A stretch of 64,000 bases of DNA from Candidatus Saccharimonadota bacterium (lineage in GTDB: Bacteria; Patescibacteriota; Saccharimonadia; Saccharimonadales; JAGQNJ01): assembly GCA_036826295.1 (NCBI GenBank), contig DAISWO010000003.1, forward strand, positions 42,018 to 106,017, given 5' to 3'. Shown piece after piece: positions 44,590 through 52,911 of the stretch (positions are counted from its first letter, which is position 1; each line of letters starts with the position of its first letter). Made by a program: the position numbers and the translations under genes. A model generated the notes under the pieces. That model was given only the letters and a program-made list of their open reading frames with translations. It did no database searches and was not told where the DNA came from.

Positions 44590-45648
44590 ATGGATACAAA
44601 ACGACAAGAGCTACAGACTGAACTAGACAACATCAAAAAGCGCCTGGAAGACCCAGATATTTATAAATCAAAGGATTATCCCGCCCTCGCAAAACGACAA
44701 AGCGATATCGAGCAGATTCTCGACCTATTCGCTCTAAAAGACAAAATCCTTAAACAATTATCTGATTCCAAAAATATGACAGATAATGGCGATTCAGAGC
44801 TTGCTGATCTGATCATTCAAGAGAAGAGTGAGCTAAATGAGAAGCTAGAATCAATCGATCAGCAACTTCATGACGCTTTAATCCCAAAAGACCCTAATGA
44901 CCATCGCGATGCAATCATCGAAATACGTGGAGCAGCTGGTGGTGATGAATCAAGTTTATTCGCTGGCGACCTATTCAAGATGTACAGTCGTTGGGCCGAA
45001 AATCACAATTACAAGATTGAGCTTTTGAGTGAAAGCCCTAATGAAGTCGGCGGGTTTAAGGAAGTAATTTTTGCACTAGTTGGTCCAGATGCCTATAAAA
45101 ACCTAAAGTTTGAAGCTGGTGTTCACCGTGTGCAAAGAGTGCCGGAGACTGAGAGCCAAGGCAGAATTCATACCAGCACAGTAACCGTCGCCGTGTTGCC
45201 TGAAGCCGAAGAACAAGACGTCGAAATTAGCCCTCAAGATCTTAGAATCGATACTTACCGCTCAAGTGGTCATGGCGGACAAAGTGTAAACACTACTGAC
45301 TCTGCTATAAGAATTACTCATATCCCCACAGGTCTAGTCGTTACCTGCCAAGACGAAAAATCGCAAATAAAAAACAAGGATAAAGCTATGGGGGTACTGA
45401 GATCAAGACTGCTTGCCTTGCAGATTGAAAAAGAGCAGGCCGAACTAAGCGACAAAAGAAAAGCGTTAATCGGTTCTGGTGATAGAAGCGAAAAAATTAG
45501 AACTTATAACTTCCCTCAAGATCGAATAACAGATCACCGGATTAATTACTCGAGGAGCAATATCCCTGGTGCCTTGACCGGAGATATAGACGATATCATC
45601 CGAGAACTCCAAACATATGAACAAAAACTCTTATCAGACAACTCTTGA
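44590..45648 (+). CDS. prfA: Peptide chain release factor 1
   Basis: PxT tripeptide region [17 protein letters not shown] and GGQ motif (SGHGGQSVN). Confidence 0.93.
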   Translation: MDTKRQELQTELDNIKKRLEDPDIYKSKDYPALAKRQSDIEQILDLFALKDKILKQLSDSKNMTDNGDSELADLIIQEKSELNEKLESIDQQLHDALIPKDPNDHRDAIIEIRGAAGGDESSLFAGDLFKMYSRWAENHNYKIELLSESPNEVGGFKEVIFALVGPDAYKNLKFEAGVHRVQRVPETESQGRIHTSTVTVAVLPEAEEQDVEISPQDLRIDTYRSSGHGGQSVNTTDSAIRITHIPTGLVVTCQDEKSQIKNKDKAMGVLRSRLLALQIEKEQAELSDKRKALIGSGDRSEKIRTYNFPQDRITDHRINYSRSNIPGALTGDIDDIIRELQTYEQKLLSDNS

Positions 45649-46447
45649 AAAAGCTTTAAGTAGCAGTGAGTTAGCGCTAAAAAGTACTCTGCCAGACTCG
45701 GCTAGACTAGATTGTCAACTAATCACTGCCCATGTCTTAGGCAAGCCTCGATCTTGGGTAATATCTCATGGTGATTTTGTGCTCTCCACGCCTCAAATAC
45801 GGCAGATTGAAAGACTTACAAAACTTCGTCAAGAAAATACCCCAATCGCCTACATTTTAAACGAGAAAGAATTTTATCGAAGGAAATTCTACTGTGACGA
45901 CCGAGCTTTAATCCCAAGACCTGAAAGCGAACAAATTATATCCAGCATGTTAGATATCCTACCCAAGACACCACTGTCAATTATCGATGTGGGGTGTGGC
46001 TCGGGGGTGCTAGGAATAACTGCAAAATTAGAAAATCCGAACTGGCAACTAACTCTATCGGATATTTCCAAGCAAGCAATCGATGTTGCCACCCGTAATG
46101 TTAAAAATTTTGGATTATCATCTAATGTTTCTATTATCCAATACGATTTACTACCCACCGATAAATATTATGACGTCGTTATCGCGAATTTGCCGTATGT
46201 GCCTACTAATCTTATCGGTAAATCAGATATTAGTTTCGAACCTAAAATGGCTCTGTTTGCTGGCGAGGATGGACTAGATTCTTACAGGCAATTGTTCGCC
46301 CAATTGCAGAGCAGAAGAGACCGTCCCACATTCCTTTTCATCGAATCACATTCGGATCAGCAAGCTGAACTGATTAACATGGCTCAATCGTGTAGATATA
46401 GTCTAATAAAAAAGACAAAGTTTACGCTAGCGCTCAAGCAAAATTAG
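45617..46447 (+). CDS. prmC: Release factor glutamine N5-methyltransferase PrmC/HemK
   Basis: Motif I is [10 protein letters not shown]. The catalytic motif reads NLPYV (usually NPPY). Follows and overlaps prfA. Confidence 0.85.
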   Translation: MNKNSYQTTLEKALSSSELALKSTLPDSARLDCQLITAHVLGKPRSWVISHGDFVLSTPQIRQIERLTKLRQENTPIAYILNEKEFYRRKFYCDDRALIPRPESEQIISSMLDILPKTPLSIIDVGCGSGVLGITAKLENPNWQLTLSDISKQAIDVATRNVKNFGLSSNVSIIQYDLLPTDKYYDVVIANLPYVPTNLIGKSDISFEPKMALFAGEDGLDSYRQLFAQLQSRRDRPTFLFIESHSDQQAELINMAQSCRYSLIKKTKFTLALKQN

Positions 46448-46454
46448 TTGCTTG

Positions 46455-47642
46455 CTAGTTCTTGAGCTCTTCTAATTTTACGTCTACACTTTTTTCTTGA
46501 CCATCCCGAACATAAGTAACTTTAACCGTATCTCCAACCGAATACCTGCTAATCATAGATGAAAGATTATTTTTTTCATCTATTTTTTCGTCATTTATAG
46601 CAACAATTATATCCCCATTTGTTAGTCCAGCGCCGTCAGCAGGCGAACCTTGCACTACACCATTATCGCCATTACCACCTTGAATATAAGCACCTTCCGT
46701 TCGATCGAGTTGGAGTTCTTTCGCTGTTTCTTTGTCTAGTTGCAAGTAACGCACGCCTAGATATGGCCTTAGTAGCCTTCCGTTTTTTAATACCCCATCT
46801 ATCAAACCTTTGACATCATTAATCGGGATAGCAAATCCAATATTCTCAGCTCCTCCACCAGCTACTGCTGTATTTATACCAACAACATTTCCATCCGCAT
46901 TAACTAAAGGTCCGCCAGAATTGCCTTGGTTAATTGCCGCGTCTGTTTGAAAAAGATTCTGTAGGCTCTCCACTCCACCGCCATCTCCTTCAGCCTGAAC
47001 AGATCTCCCATAGCCAGAGATGATCCCTGATGTTACGGTATTTTGAAACTGTCCTAACGCGTTACCGATGGCAATTGACATGTCGCCTACTCTCATATTG
47101 CTTGAATCACCTAAAGTTACCGGTTTTAACTTTACGCCTTTGGTATCTTCAATCTTCAAAAACGCAATATCTAGAGTATCACCACTTGATGTTTTTCCAA
47201 CAACAGAAACATTGTCGTAAACAGTTCCATCCGACAATACTACGCTTACTTTTGATGTTCCGCTAGGAATAACATGACGGTTAGTAACTATATATCCGTC
47301 TTGACTAATAATGAACCCCGTCCCCGCACTCTGTTGCTCAAGCTCCTCGGAACCACCAAACGAATCAGTAGCATTCTCGACACTAATAACATTAACACTG
47401 ACAACACTCGGTCCGACGGTTTTGGCTATAAAGCTAATCAACTCACTTTGACTTGAAATAGTCTGACGACCTTGATTGGCCTGTGAACTAAATGAGTTAG
47501 GGTTATTTGAATACGACCGTGCGCCAAGCCCCCCCCCCAAGAAGCCTATGACTAAAACTAGCAGCCCCTGGCGTAACTTTTTTACCGCCATGACTTTTTT
47601 GGGCTCTACGGGTTTACTATTCGATATATCTGTTTTGCTCAC
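46455..47642 (-). CDS. htrA: HtrA/DegP-family serine protease with PDZ domain, N-terminal membrane anchor
   Basis: Catalytic triad contexts TNRHVI, DIAFLKI and GNSGGPLV, plus a C-terminal PDZ. Confidence 0.88.
   Translation of the reverse strand: MSKTDISNSKPVEPKKVMAVKKLRQGLLVLVIGFLGGGLGARSYSNNPNSFSSQANQGRQTISSQSELISFIAKTVGPSVVSVNVISVENATDSFGGSEELEQQSAGTGFIISQDGYIVTNRHVIPSGTSKVSVVLSDGTVYDNVSVVGKTSSGDTLDIAFLKIEDTKGVKLKPVTLGDSSNMRVGDMSIAIGNALGQFQNTVTSGIISGYGRSVQAEGDGGGVESLQNLFQTDAAINQGNSGGPLVNADGNVVGINTAVAGGGAENIGFAIPINDVKGLIDGVLKNGRLLRPYLGVRYLQLDKETAKELQLDRTEGAYIQGGNGDNGVVQGSPADGAGLTNGDIIVAINDEKIDEKNNLSSMISRYSVGDTVKVTYVRDGQEKSVDVKLEELKN
47529..47538 (-). repeat. Homopolymeric G10 tract (C10 on plus strand) inside the htrA coding region
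   Basis: Read directly: ggc ttc ttG GGG GGG GGG ctt encodes GFLGGGL in the TM anchor. Confidence 0.9.
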
Positions 47643-47670
47643 TTATACATCCCTCCCTTCATAATTCATG

Positions 47671-48420
47671 TTAAATAACTGTATCTGACCACTGTGAAAA
47701 TGCTAATACTACTACTACCACTGCAATCATAATAAATACTATTTGTCGTGATACTAGTTTGGTTAATCTTCCGTCCTGAATCAAGTAATACAAGGTTCCC
47801 ATGCCAAAACCCAAAACATTTAGAAGTAAGACAGGCTGGGCAACTATTCCATAAAATATTAGCCAGTGTCCCAGTAGCCAAGCTAAAGCTCCGGCAAAAA
47901 ATGCCCAATAATCACCTAAAAATCTACCGTAAGAATCATCAAAGCTACTAAAAAAGTGCCTGGCGCAGAAATAACAGATAACCCAGGTTCCTAGAACTAG
48001 GACAATCAAGGGTTCGCCACCCCATTTTGTATAAAGGGCCATTAGCCCTAATAATTGTGCTACTAGTGCCTGCGCACTCATGCCGTATATTGTATTACTG
48101 GGTTTTATTAATAAAAGCCATACGGCGTATGATAATGTCCAGATCAACTGCCAGACAACTGAATTTGTTTGAGACATAAATATTACAAATGAAATACCTG
48201 CAATCATATCTACTGCATTAGCTCTAATGTATGCTGGCCAATGCCTTGGCCTAACTGCTAACATTCTCCATTTGCTTAACAAGACCAAAATTATCGCTAA
48301 CTGAACTAAATTGATCCTGACGAAAACGTAGACCAGTAGTGGCAAAGCTATTGTGAAAAGCACATGAAAGATACTAGAGAAGCCACTTGCAGGTCTAATT
48401 TTCTGGAATTTTGCTTTCAT
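47671..48420 (-). CDS. Hypothetical polytopic membrane protein
   Basis: 249 aa, about 7 hydrophobic segments. ATGA overlap with the upstream LCP gene. Confidence 0.55.
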   Translation of the reverse strand: MKAKFQKIRPASGFSSIFHVLFTIALPLLVYVFVRINLVQLAIILVLLSKWRMLAVRPRHWPAYIRANAVDMIAGISFVIFMSQTNSVVWQLIWTLSYAVWLLLIKPSNTIYGMSAQALVAQLLGLMALYTKWGGEPLIVLVLGTWVICYFCARHFFSSFDDSYGRFLGDYWAFFAGALAWLLGHWLIFYGIVAQPVLLLNVLGFGMGTLYYLIQDGRLTKLVSRQIVFIMIAVVVVVLAFSQWSDTVI

Positions 48421-50057
48421 TCTTTCCCTACGATTATAACAAAGTCGGTCTTCTCAGGATCTACACTAACACCCTCAGGAAGTTTGTTAATAGCAGTTGT
48501 TTTAGTTCGAAGTTCCAGATAGCGTTTCGTATACTTATTGTCTCCGTTTCTTAGATCAATTAATTGTATGCCCGCAGAGCCCTTATTCGGTGCATCGCCA
48601 GTACTGACAATCTTGTAGCCATACGATTTTAAGTTGTTAGCATATTTTTTTGCTAGGCCAGCATCACTTGTGCCATTTAATACTACTATTCCAGCATTTT
48701 CTTTTTTCAAAAACCCGTCTCTTAGTTTTGTTCGTAGATATTTATGAATTTCGCCATAGTTATCGATTCCTGCTTTTGGCACAACAACGGATAGACCATC
48801 GATTGTATCAGTGGTTACAAATTCGTTTGGAGGATCTGCTAGTCCGACAGAAATAACTTTATCTTCACCTACGTCTTTTCCGATTTCATATAATTTCAAA
48901 ATATCGTCAATACTAAGATTTGTATGAACGTGACTACCAAAAGCATTTAACAGACCGGTTATTTTAATAGGGTTACTAAAAGTACCTAGACTAAGTGCTT
49001 TTTCTTTAAGAGCTACCATCACTTGTCTTTGACGTTCTGTTCTATCAAAGTCACCTCTAGCACTACCAAACCTCGATCGTGAGAATAACAAAGCTTTTTT
49101 ACCATTAAAGTGCTGGACTCCTTTATCTGCTATCAAAGGATCCCAATTATTCTCCCAGGCTACGGAAGGATCATAAAGTGGTTCTTTGACATTTACATCA
49201 ATCCCTCCGACAGTATCAATTGCCTTTTGAAATGCCTTAAAGTCAACCATAGTGTAGTAGTGGATCGGCATTCCAGTTACTTGCCCAGCTACTTTTTCGA
49301 TTGCTTCTATCCCAATCTTTTCAGCTTCTTTTTTGGATTTTCCTAATGCCAGAGCCTCTTCTTTGGCTTGGGGGTAAACGTTGTTAATCTTTGTGTATCC
49401 ATTTCCGGGCCTTTGAACATATAAATCTCTTGGGATACTTAGTAATCCCACCTCTCTCTGACACGAATCCACGCTTGCAATTAAAATTGTATCTGTAAGA
49501 TCAGGTCCGTCGTGCCCAGGCCCACCTTTACCTAGTAACAGAACATTCACTCTTCCGTCACCTTCTTTTTGCAGTAACGATGGGTTTACGTCACAGCTTA
49601 ACGCCAACGCACTATCGCCACCATCGAATACCTGTCTTGCGCGCCAATACAGCAATCCCAGTATCGACAACCCAACCAGCATAAACAATGCTAGTGCTCC
49701 TAAGACACCCCGTTTTGCATATCCTTTAAAACCCTTAGGTTTACTAAATAATCTGTGTTTTTTCCGCTTGCCACTCTCGATGTCCATGTCTAAATCTTTC
49801 TTAAATATTGGTTTTCTACCTGTTGAAGTTCCGTCAGGAAATTTATTGGACCGACTAAGTGGGCCAACGTTCATACCATCTTTTTGCCTGAATTGATCTT
49901 TTGATCCAATAGATGGCATATACGAAGAAATACTCTTCTTTGGAGCGGACTGCGGAGAAATTATATTATTACCTGGTTTTCTACGAACAAATCCATCTGT
50001 CGTAATTGCTCGTCGACTTTTTCTTGAACTGTTTTTATCAATCATAAACGTAAACAC
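48417..50057 (-). CDS. LytR-CpsA-Psr (LCP) family cell-envelope glycopolymer transferase with LytR_C-like C-terminus
   Basis: TM anchor, then NVLLLGKGGPGHDGPDLTDTILIASVD...LSIPRDLYV, which is typical of LCP. Confidence 0.82.
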   Translation of the reverse strand: MFTFMIDKNSSRKSRRAITTDGFVRRKPGNNIISPQSAPKKSISSYMPSIGSKDQFRQKDGMNVGPLSRSNKFPDGTSTGRKPIFKKDLDMDIESGKRKKHRLFSKPKGFKGYAKRGVLGALALFMLVGLSILGLLYWRARQVFDGGDSALALSCDVNPSLLQKEGDGRVNVLLLGKGGPGHDGPDLTDTILIASVDSCQREVGLLSIPRDLYVQRPGNGYTKINNVYPQAKEEALALGKSKKEAEKIGIEAIEKVAGQVTGMPIHYYTMVDFKAFQKAIDTVGGIDVNVKEPLYDPSVAWENNWDPLIADKGVQHFNGKKALLFSRSRFGSARGDFDRTERQRQVMVALKEKALSLGTFSNPIKITGLLNAFGSHVHTNLSIDDILKLYEIGKDVGEDKVISVGLADPPNEFVTTDTIDGLSVVVPKAGIDNYGEIHKYLRTKLRDGFLKKENAGIVVLNGTSDAGLAKKYANNLKSYGYKIVSTGDAPNKGSAGIQLIDLRNGDNKYTKRYLELRTKTTAINKLPEGVSVDPEKTDFVIIVGKE

Positions 50058-50158
50058 TAGTATACCGACAATTGCATGAATTTAGAACGTTTTTTTTATT
50101 TTCATACATAGTCTAATCATAGTATTCATATTGCCAATAACGTATAGTACTTCATTAG

Positions 50159-50779
50159 ATGAACGACGAACATTTTAGCCATGATCAGGGAATACAGCCT
50201 ACTGGTGGCAAAAAAACAAAAAAAGATACCGCGAAAGCTATATCGGGTACACTGGCAATGTTTTTGTTGGCCCCTGTTATAGCACTTTTTTTGGTAGCTT
50301 TCGTTTTTCAATCGTATAGGGTAGACGGAGCCAGCATGGAATCAACTCTGTCTAATAACGACCGTCTAATAGTCTCGAAGGTCCCTAAGACTTGGTCAAA
50401 AATCACTAAAGAACCGTATATCCCAGCAAGATACGACATAATTGTTTTTCAAAAGAGTGAATCTTTTGGGCTCAAAGAATATGACAAAATTCAACTAATA
50501 AAACGAGTCATAGCCTTGCCCGGTGAAAAGGTAGTAATCAAGAATGGTGTAGTTACTGTTTATACGTCAGAGCAACCTGAAGGCTTCAACGTCGATGAAG
50601 GCCAAGATTACGCCAGCAACATCGGAAACACGGGTGGAGAGGTTAATGTGAAGGTTGAGAATGACGAGGTCTTTGTGCTCGGCGATAACAGGAATAATTC
50701 GTTAGATTCTAGAGTATTTGGCCCTATAAACAGCAATAATATTATCGGGAAGCTCGCGTTTCGGATATACCCCCTTTAA
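50159..50779 (+). CDS. lepB: Signal peptidase I
   Basis: Catalytic Ser context GASMESTL, Lys context KRVIALPGE, and GDNRNNSLDSR box. Confidence 0.88.
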   Translation: MNDEHFSHDQGIQPTGGKKTKKDTAKAISGTLAMFLLAPVIALFLVAFVFQSYRVDGASMESTLSNNDRLIVSKVPKTWSKITKEPYIPARYDIIVFQKSESFGLKEYDKIQLIKRVIALPGEKVVIKNGVVTVYTSEQPEGFNVDEGQDYASNIGNTGGEVNVKVENDEVFVLGDNRNNSLDSRVFGPINSNNIIGKLAFRIYPL

Positions 50780-51639
50780 GAAGTCAATTTTCTGATTAGT
50801 TCGTCTAGTTTATTATCGTCAGAAAAATGAATTTCTAGCTTTCCACCGTTAGCCGTTCTGCGAATCGATATCGGAGTGTTTAATAATTCGCTTAATTTTT
50901 TTGTGTCGATTGTCTCTGTTAACATCTTTTTCTTTACTGTTTGCTCTGATGAGTTGCCTTCTTTTATGCTATTAACATACTGTTCGGCTTGTCGAACCGA
51001 CCAATTATAGTTAACTACTCTGTCGAGAAGAGCCGTTTGTTGATCCTCCATACCCTTTAAGGCCAATATCGCCCTAGCATGACCCTCACTAATCTTATTT
51101 TCTTTTAAAGCCTGTTTAGCGTTTTCTGGAAGCTGCATCAACCTAACAATGTTATTTACAGTCGTAGGTGCTTTCCCGAGTCTGCTGGCTATATCCGCGT
51201 AACTCATTGAAAACTGGTTATGTAGTTTTTGAATAGATTGCGCCTGTTCGAGCGGTGATAAATCCACGCGTTGAACATTCTCGATAATTGCGATCTCTAA
51301 CTGCTCTAGTTCTTCGTGAGATCGTACTATCACTGGCACCTTATCTAACTTGGCTATTTTTGAGGCTCGCCATCGTCGTTCCCCGGCGATTATTAAATAT
51401 GTATCCCCTTTTTTTGTCACTACGAGAGGTTGTAATATCCCATAACGCTTTATTGATTCTGCGAGTTCTTCCAAGGCTTGTTTGTCGAATTCTCTTCTTG
51501 GTTGGTCGGGGTTGGGGATGACTTTGTTAATCTCAATCTTCTGAATCCTTTCGGACCCATCAACTATAGAATTGTCAAAATCGGTCGGGATTAACGACTC
51601 GAAACCCTTACCAAGTCCCGTTTTAGAATTTGTTACCAT
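50776..51639 (-). CDS. parB: Chromosome partitioning protein ParB
   Basis: ParB box LIIAGERRWRA and an HTH region. Downstream of parA. Confidence 0.9.
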   Translation of the reverse strand: MVTNSKTGLGKGFESLIPTDFDNSIVDGSERIQKIEINKVIPNPDQPRREFDKQALEELAESIKRYGILQPLVVTKKGDTYLIIAGERRWRASKIAKLDKVPVIVRSHEELEQLEIAIIENVQRVDLSPLEQAQSIQKLHNQFSMSYADIASRLGKAPTTVNNIVRLMQLPENAKQALKENKISEGHARAILALKGMEDQQTALLDRVVNYNWSVRQAEQYVNSIKEGNSSEQTVKKKMLTETIDTKKLSELLNTPISIRRTANGGKLEIHFSDDNKLDELIRKLTS

Positions 51640-51645
51640 ATAAAA

Positions 51646-52407
51646 CTACCTCTCACCCACTCTTTTTTCAATTTCCTTAGCTAATTGCTTGTAGCTTCTT
51701 GCACCTTTCGACCATTTATCATGCTCATGGATCGTTCTGCCATAACTCGGCGCTTCAGCCAATCTTACATTGCGAGGGACAACAGTCGAAAACAATTTTC
51801 CGTCGAAATGTTTCTTGAGTTCATCGTAAACCTGTTGAGACAATGAAGTTCTTGCGTCGTACATTGTTGCCACAACACCCAGTAACTCTACATCAGGGTT
51901 TAAACCTTGTCTGACTCGTTGTAGAACCGCCAATAATTGCGACAAGCCTTCTAATGCATAGTATTCGACCTGCACCGGAATTAGCACCCAGTTCGAAGCT
52001 GTTAAGGCGTTAACTGTAAGTAAGCTTAGCGCAGGTGGGCAATCAATAATTACAAAATCATAAGCCACGCCCACAAAAGACTCTTTCAATTTATATTCAC
52101 GCCGCTCTTCTCTTGCTAGGTCTATTTCTGCTGCCGCCAATCTTTCGTTTGCAGGAACAATACTTACGCCTAGTCTGTCTATCTCGACAATCGCATCACT
52201 CAACTTAACTGATCCCATTAATACTTCGTAAGAGGTATTACCCAGCTTTTTATCTACCCCTAGTCCACTCGTAGCATTGCCCTGAGGGTCTAAATCAACG
52301 ATTAAGACGTTCTTACCTAGCTTTTGTAGATATGAAGCTACATTAATCGCAGTAGTAGTCTTGCCTACACCGCCTTTTTGATTAATGACTGAGATTATAT
52401 GTGTCAA
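51646..52407 (-). CDS. parA: Chromosome partitioning ATPase ParA/Soj (TTG start)
   Basis: Deviant Walker A NQKGGVGKTT. 253 aa. GAGGG SD 8 nt upstream of the TTG. Confidence 0.9.
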   Translation of the reverse strand: MTHIISVINQKGGVGKTTTAINVASYLQKLGKNVLIVDLDPQGNATSGLGVDKKLGNTSYEVLMGSVKLSDAIVEIDRLGVSIVPANERLAAAEIDLAREERREYKLKESFVGVAYDFVIIDCPPALSLLTVNALTASNWVLIPVQVEYYALEGLSQLLAVLQRVRQGLNPDVELLGVVATMYDARTSLSQQVYDELKKHFDGKLFSTVVPRNVRLAEAPSYGRTIHEHDKWSKGARSYKQLAKEIEKRVGER

Positions 52408-52452
52408 CGTATCTACCCTCGCTCCTATAATTCAAGATTACCACTATAACCA

Positions 52453-52470
52453 TTTCACGGCAACGTGAAA
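52453..52470. repeat. Inverted repeat TTTCACG-GCAA-CGTGAAA (split parS-like half-sites or GNRA-type hairpin) upstream of parA
   Basis: Read directly. The half-sites match the arms of the canonical parS (TGTTTCAC/GTGAAACA) but the centre carries extra bases. Confidence 0.35.
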
Positions 52471-52495
52471 ACCAAACAACTAATCCTTTACCATG

Positions 52496-52525
52496 TAGTA
52501 TTATAGCGCTAGCGCTATAATACTA
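52496..52525. repeat. 30-nt perfect palindrome TAGTATTATAGCGCT|AGCGCTATAATACTA between rplU and parA
   Basis: Verified base by base. The symmetry centre is between 52510 and 52511. Starts 6 nt after the rplU stop codon. Confidence 0.85.
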
Positions 52526-52531
52526 GTACTA

Positions 52532-52843
52532 CTAGGCTATCTTGTTAATCTTTATCTGGGTGTATTGTTGTCGATGGCCGCGAACTTTGCTAACACGTTT
52601 TTTAGGCTTATACCTAATCGCCTTGACTTTATCGCCTTTCACGAGCTGCTGAACTACGGTAGCGTTAACTTTTACGCCTTTTACCTCTGGAGTCCCCACC
52701 GTTGTTTTATCCCCGTCAATCACTAAAATTGGCACAAAATCTAATGTTTTTTGCTCATCAGATAAGTGATCAATATCTAAAGTTTCGCCTTCAACAACTA
52801 AATATTGTTTCCCGCCTGCTTTAATTACTGCTTTTTTCATCAT
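52532..52843 (-). CDS. rplU: 50S ribosomal protein L21
   Basis: AVIKAGGKQYLVVEGETL, a classic bL21 N-terminus. 103 aa. Confidence 0.93.
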   Translation of the reverse strand: MMKKAVIKAGGKQYLVVEGETLDIDHLSDEQKTLDFVPILVIDGDKTTVGTPEVKGVKVNATVVQQLVKGDKVKAIRYKPKKRVSKVRGHRQQYTQIKINKIA

Positions 52844-52911
52844 TCCTCTGTTTATATGATTTAATTACTCACATGATACTAACAGAGAAGTGTCTCTCTG
52901 TAAAGTGTAGC

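Noticed and set aside
52844-52911. Hairpin ACAGAGA-GACACT-TCTCTGT between ileS and rplU, as either an ileS terminator or an L21 leader.
   Set aside because: It has a 7-bp stem with no following U-tract, and I could not match it to a known L21-leader structure. It is left unannotated.
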